From positions 1 through 54,863 of IMG/VR virus record IMGVR_UViG_3300048586_000572: a DNA stretch of 54,863 nucleotides; one strand, written 5' to 3'. The translations under genes were made by a program, and so were the position numbers. The stretch is from a virus (taxonomy: Duplodnaviria > Caudoviricetes). The notes under the pieces were generated by a model that searched no databases, was not told where the DNA came from, and saw nothing but the letters and a program-made list of their open reading frames with translations. Below, piece after piece: positions 52,436-54,863 of the stretch. Each line of letters begins with the position of its first letter. Position 1 is the first letter of the stretch.

Positions 52436-54829
52436 TCAACCCGTTCCGAGCACGGGCTGCACCGTTTCCGGCGTCGCACCGGGTGCCGCTGCTGTCTCGC
52501 GCCGGAAATAGCCGAGCAGCCGCAGCGCGTTGAGCGTGACCAGCACGGTCCCGCCGGTGTCGGCGAGGATCGCGACCCACAGCCCCGTCGCGCCGATGAT
52601 GGTGGTGACGAGGAACAGCGCCTTCAGGCCGAGCGCCAGCGCGATGTTCTGGCGGATATTGGCCATCGTCGCTCGCGCCAGCCCGATCAGCGCCGGCACG
52701 TCGCCGACGCGGTCATGCAGCAGCGCCGCATCGGCCGCCTCGATCGCGACGCGCGTGCCCGAACCCATGGCGATGCCGACCTGCGCGCTGGCGAGCGCCG
52801 GCGCGTCGTTGATGCCGTCGCCGACCATCGCGACGCGCCCGCCGCGGGCGAGTTCGGCCACGGCCTTCGCCTTGTCGGCAGGCAGCATCCCGGCGGTGAC
52901 CGCGACGCCGAGCGCCTCGCCGACCGCATCTGCCGCGCGCGGGTTGTCGCCGGTCAGCATCAGCGGGCGGATGCCCATGGCGATGAGCCGGCCGATCGCC
53001 GCCGCCGCATCGGGCCGCGGCTCGTCGCGTAGCGCGAGCAGCCCCACGGCCCGCGCCGCGCTGACCACGACGACGACGGTCTTGCCCTCGCCTTCGAGCC
53101 GGTCGATCGCCGCCAGTGCCGCCTCCGGCAGGGGCGCCCAGGCGGCGGCATGGGGCGGCGCACCGACGAAGACGGCCGCCTCCCCGATCGTGCCCGCCAT
53201 GCCCTTGCCCGGCACCGCCGCGACATCCTCCGCCGCAACGAGGGCCACCGCCTCCGCCTCGGCCCGCGCGACGATGGCCGCCGCCAGCGGATGGCTCGAG
53301 CGCCGCTCGACCGCCGCCGCCAGCGCCAGAACATCCGGCGCGCCACCCTCCAGCGCCACGACATCGGTGACGACGGGTCGGCCGATCGTCAGCGTGCCCG
53401 TCTTGTCGAAGGCGACGGTGTCGACGCCCGCCAGCGCCTCGATCACCGCCCCGCCCTTGATCAGGAGCCCGCGCCGCGCCGCGGTCGCGAGGCTGGAGGC
53501 GATCGCGGCGGGAACCGAGATCACCAGCGCGCAGGGGCAGCCGATCAGCAGCAAGGCGAGCCCGCGATAGATCCACTCCCCCCAGGCGCCGCCCGCGACC
53601 AGCGGCGGCAGCATTGCCACCAGCAGCGACAGCCCGACGATGAAGGGCATGTAGATCCGCGAGAAGCGGTCGATGAAGCGTTCGGTCGGCGCCTTGGCGT
53701 CCTGCGCCTCGGCGACGAGCGCGACGATGCGCGCGATCATCGTGTCCTGCGCCGCGCGGCCGACATGAACCGTCAGCGCGGCCTCGTGATTGACGGTGCC
53801 GGCGAAGACCTCCGAACCGGGCTCCTTGGCCTTCGGCATCGATTCACCGGTGATCGGCGCCTCGTCGACGCTGGAGGTGCCCGTCAGCACGGTGCCGTCG
53901 GCCGGGATGCGGTCGCCCGGGCGCACCAGCACGGTCTGGCCGATGCGCAGGGTCTCCGCCGCCACCTCGCGGACGGTGCCTCCCTCCTCAAGCCAGGCGG
54001 TCTGCGGCACCAGCGCGGCGAGCGAGCGGATGCCGGAGCGCGCCTTCTCGGCGGCGACGCCCTCCAGGACCTCGCCGACACAGAAGAGGAAGACGACGAT
54101 CGCCGCCTCCTCCGCCGCGCCGATGACGAGCGCGCCGGCCACCGCGATCGTCATCAGCATCTCGATGGTGAAGGGCGCGCCGGCCCGCGCCGAGACGATG
54201 GCCCGGCGTGCGACCGGGGCCGCCGCGATCAGGCTCGCCGTGATGAAGAGCGGGTCGTGCCAGCCCGGCGCAAACACGCTCACCAGATAGGCCAGCGCGA
54301 CCAGCGCGCCCGAGGCGATGGCGAGCCGGCCCTTGGCCTGGCGCCACCAGGCGGCCGGCGCCTCGCGCCGCAGCGATGGGACTTGCGTCGCCACGAGCCG
54401 GCTCGGCCTGTAGCCCAGCGTCGCGATGCGGCTCTCGATCGCCTCCGGCTGCGTCAGCGCCTCGTCGAGGCGCAGCGCCAGCGTCTCCTTGGTCACGGAG
54501 ATGCGGATGTCGGAGACGCCCGGCAGCCGCTCCAGCGCGGCGCGGAGGGTCTGGGCGCAGTTGCCGCAATCCATGCCCTGCACCTGCCAGAGCAGCACGC
54601 CTGACTCATCCTCCGGCAATGCGTCGGCCGCTGGCGCCGCATGCGGATGACCTTGGGCATGGTCGTGATCATGGCCGCAGCCCGGGCCGTGGCGATGCGG
54701 GGCGATCGCGGCCGCAGCGGGAGGCGGCGCATGGTCATGGCCGCCGCAGCAGGCGGAGCCGCAGGAGGCAGGCACCGCAGCGACGGCGTCAGGGACCTTC
54801 GTGGCGACAGCGGAATCGGGTTGGGACAT
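52436..54829 (-). CDS. Heavy-metal-translocating P1B-type ATPase, ZntA/CadA-like (host)
   Basis: His-rich N-terminus, GMDCGNC, TGES, CPC, DKTGTLT, SSHP, GDGIND. Confidence 0.95.
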   Translation of the reverse strand: MSQPDSAVATKVPDAVAAVPASCGSACCGGHDHAPPPAAAAIAPHRHGPGCGHDHDHAQGHPHAAPAADALPEDESGVLLWQVQGMDCGNCAQTLRAALERLPGVSDIRISVTKETLALRLDEALTQPEAIESRIATLGYRPSRLVATQVPSLRREAPAAWWRQAKGRLAIASGALVALAYLVSVFAPGWHDPLFITASLIAAAPVARRAIVSARAGAPFTIEMLMTIAVAGALVIGAAEEAAIVVFLFCVGEVLEGVAAEKARSGIRSLAALVPQTAWLEEGGTVREVAAETLRIGQTVLVRPGDRIPADGTVLTGTSSVDEAPITGESMPKAKEPGSEVFAGTVNHEAALTVHVGRAAQDTMIARIVALVAEAQDAKAPTERFIDRFSRIYMPFIVGLSLLVAMLPPLVAGGAWGEWIYRGLALLLIGCPCALVISVPAAIASSLATAARRGLLIKGGAVIEALAGVDTVAFDKTGTLTIGRPVVTDVVALEGGAPDVLALAAAVERRSSHPLAAAIVARAEAEAVALVAAEDVAAVPGKGMAGTIGEAAVFVGAPPHAAAWAPLPEAALAAIDRLEGEGKTVVVVVSAARAVGLLALRDEPRPDAAAAIGRLIAMGIRPLMLTGDNPRAADAVGEALGVAVTAGMLPADKAKAVAELARGGRVAMVGDGINDAPALASAQVGIAMGSGTRVAIEAADAALLHDRVGDVPALIGLARATMANIRQNIALALGLKALFLVTTIIGATGLWVAILADTGGTVLVTLNALRLLGYFRRETAAAPGATPETVQPVLGTG

Positions 54830-54863
54830 GGGGCACCGGGCGTCGTGAATCGCGAACCGGCCA

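Overview
The window holds an apparently complete ~51.4-kb temperate prophage integrated into a tRNA-Gly(TCC) gene of a GC-rich alphaproteobacterium (host assignment inferred from GTTC-N7-GTTC boxes, DUF736 and gene style). A 50-bp att duplication (885-934 and 52326-52375) bounds it; host genes flank it (FGE/SUMF1-family gene on the left, heavy-metal P1B-ATPase on the right). Left to right it carries a tyrosine integrase, an McrB/McrC-like pair with two DNA methyltransferases and an XRE regulator, a lambda-like head and non-contractile tail module on the minus strand (large terminase interrupted by a class-3 intein), a cos-like region, a lysis cassette, a 572-aa stand-alone family-A/T7-RNAP-like polymerase-fold gene, a hairpin/repeat-rich non-coding region, and an accessory arm with plasmid-type genes (relaxase, MobC, ArdC, DUF736, PcfJ-like), an Abi protein and many small unknown ORFs. 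The main novelty candidate is the polymerase-fold gene together with six copies of an asymmetric 20-bp motif (TTTCAGCAnTGTCGGATGCC), each pointing into a virion or lysis gene block, suggesting a phage-encoded minimal RNA polymerase with its own late promoters. A second, unrelated repeated motif precedes genes of the accessory arm. No canonical replication genes or cleavable CI repressor were recognised. All calls come from reading motifs by eye; no searches were run.
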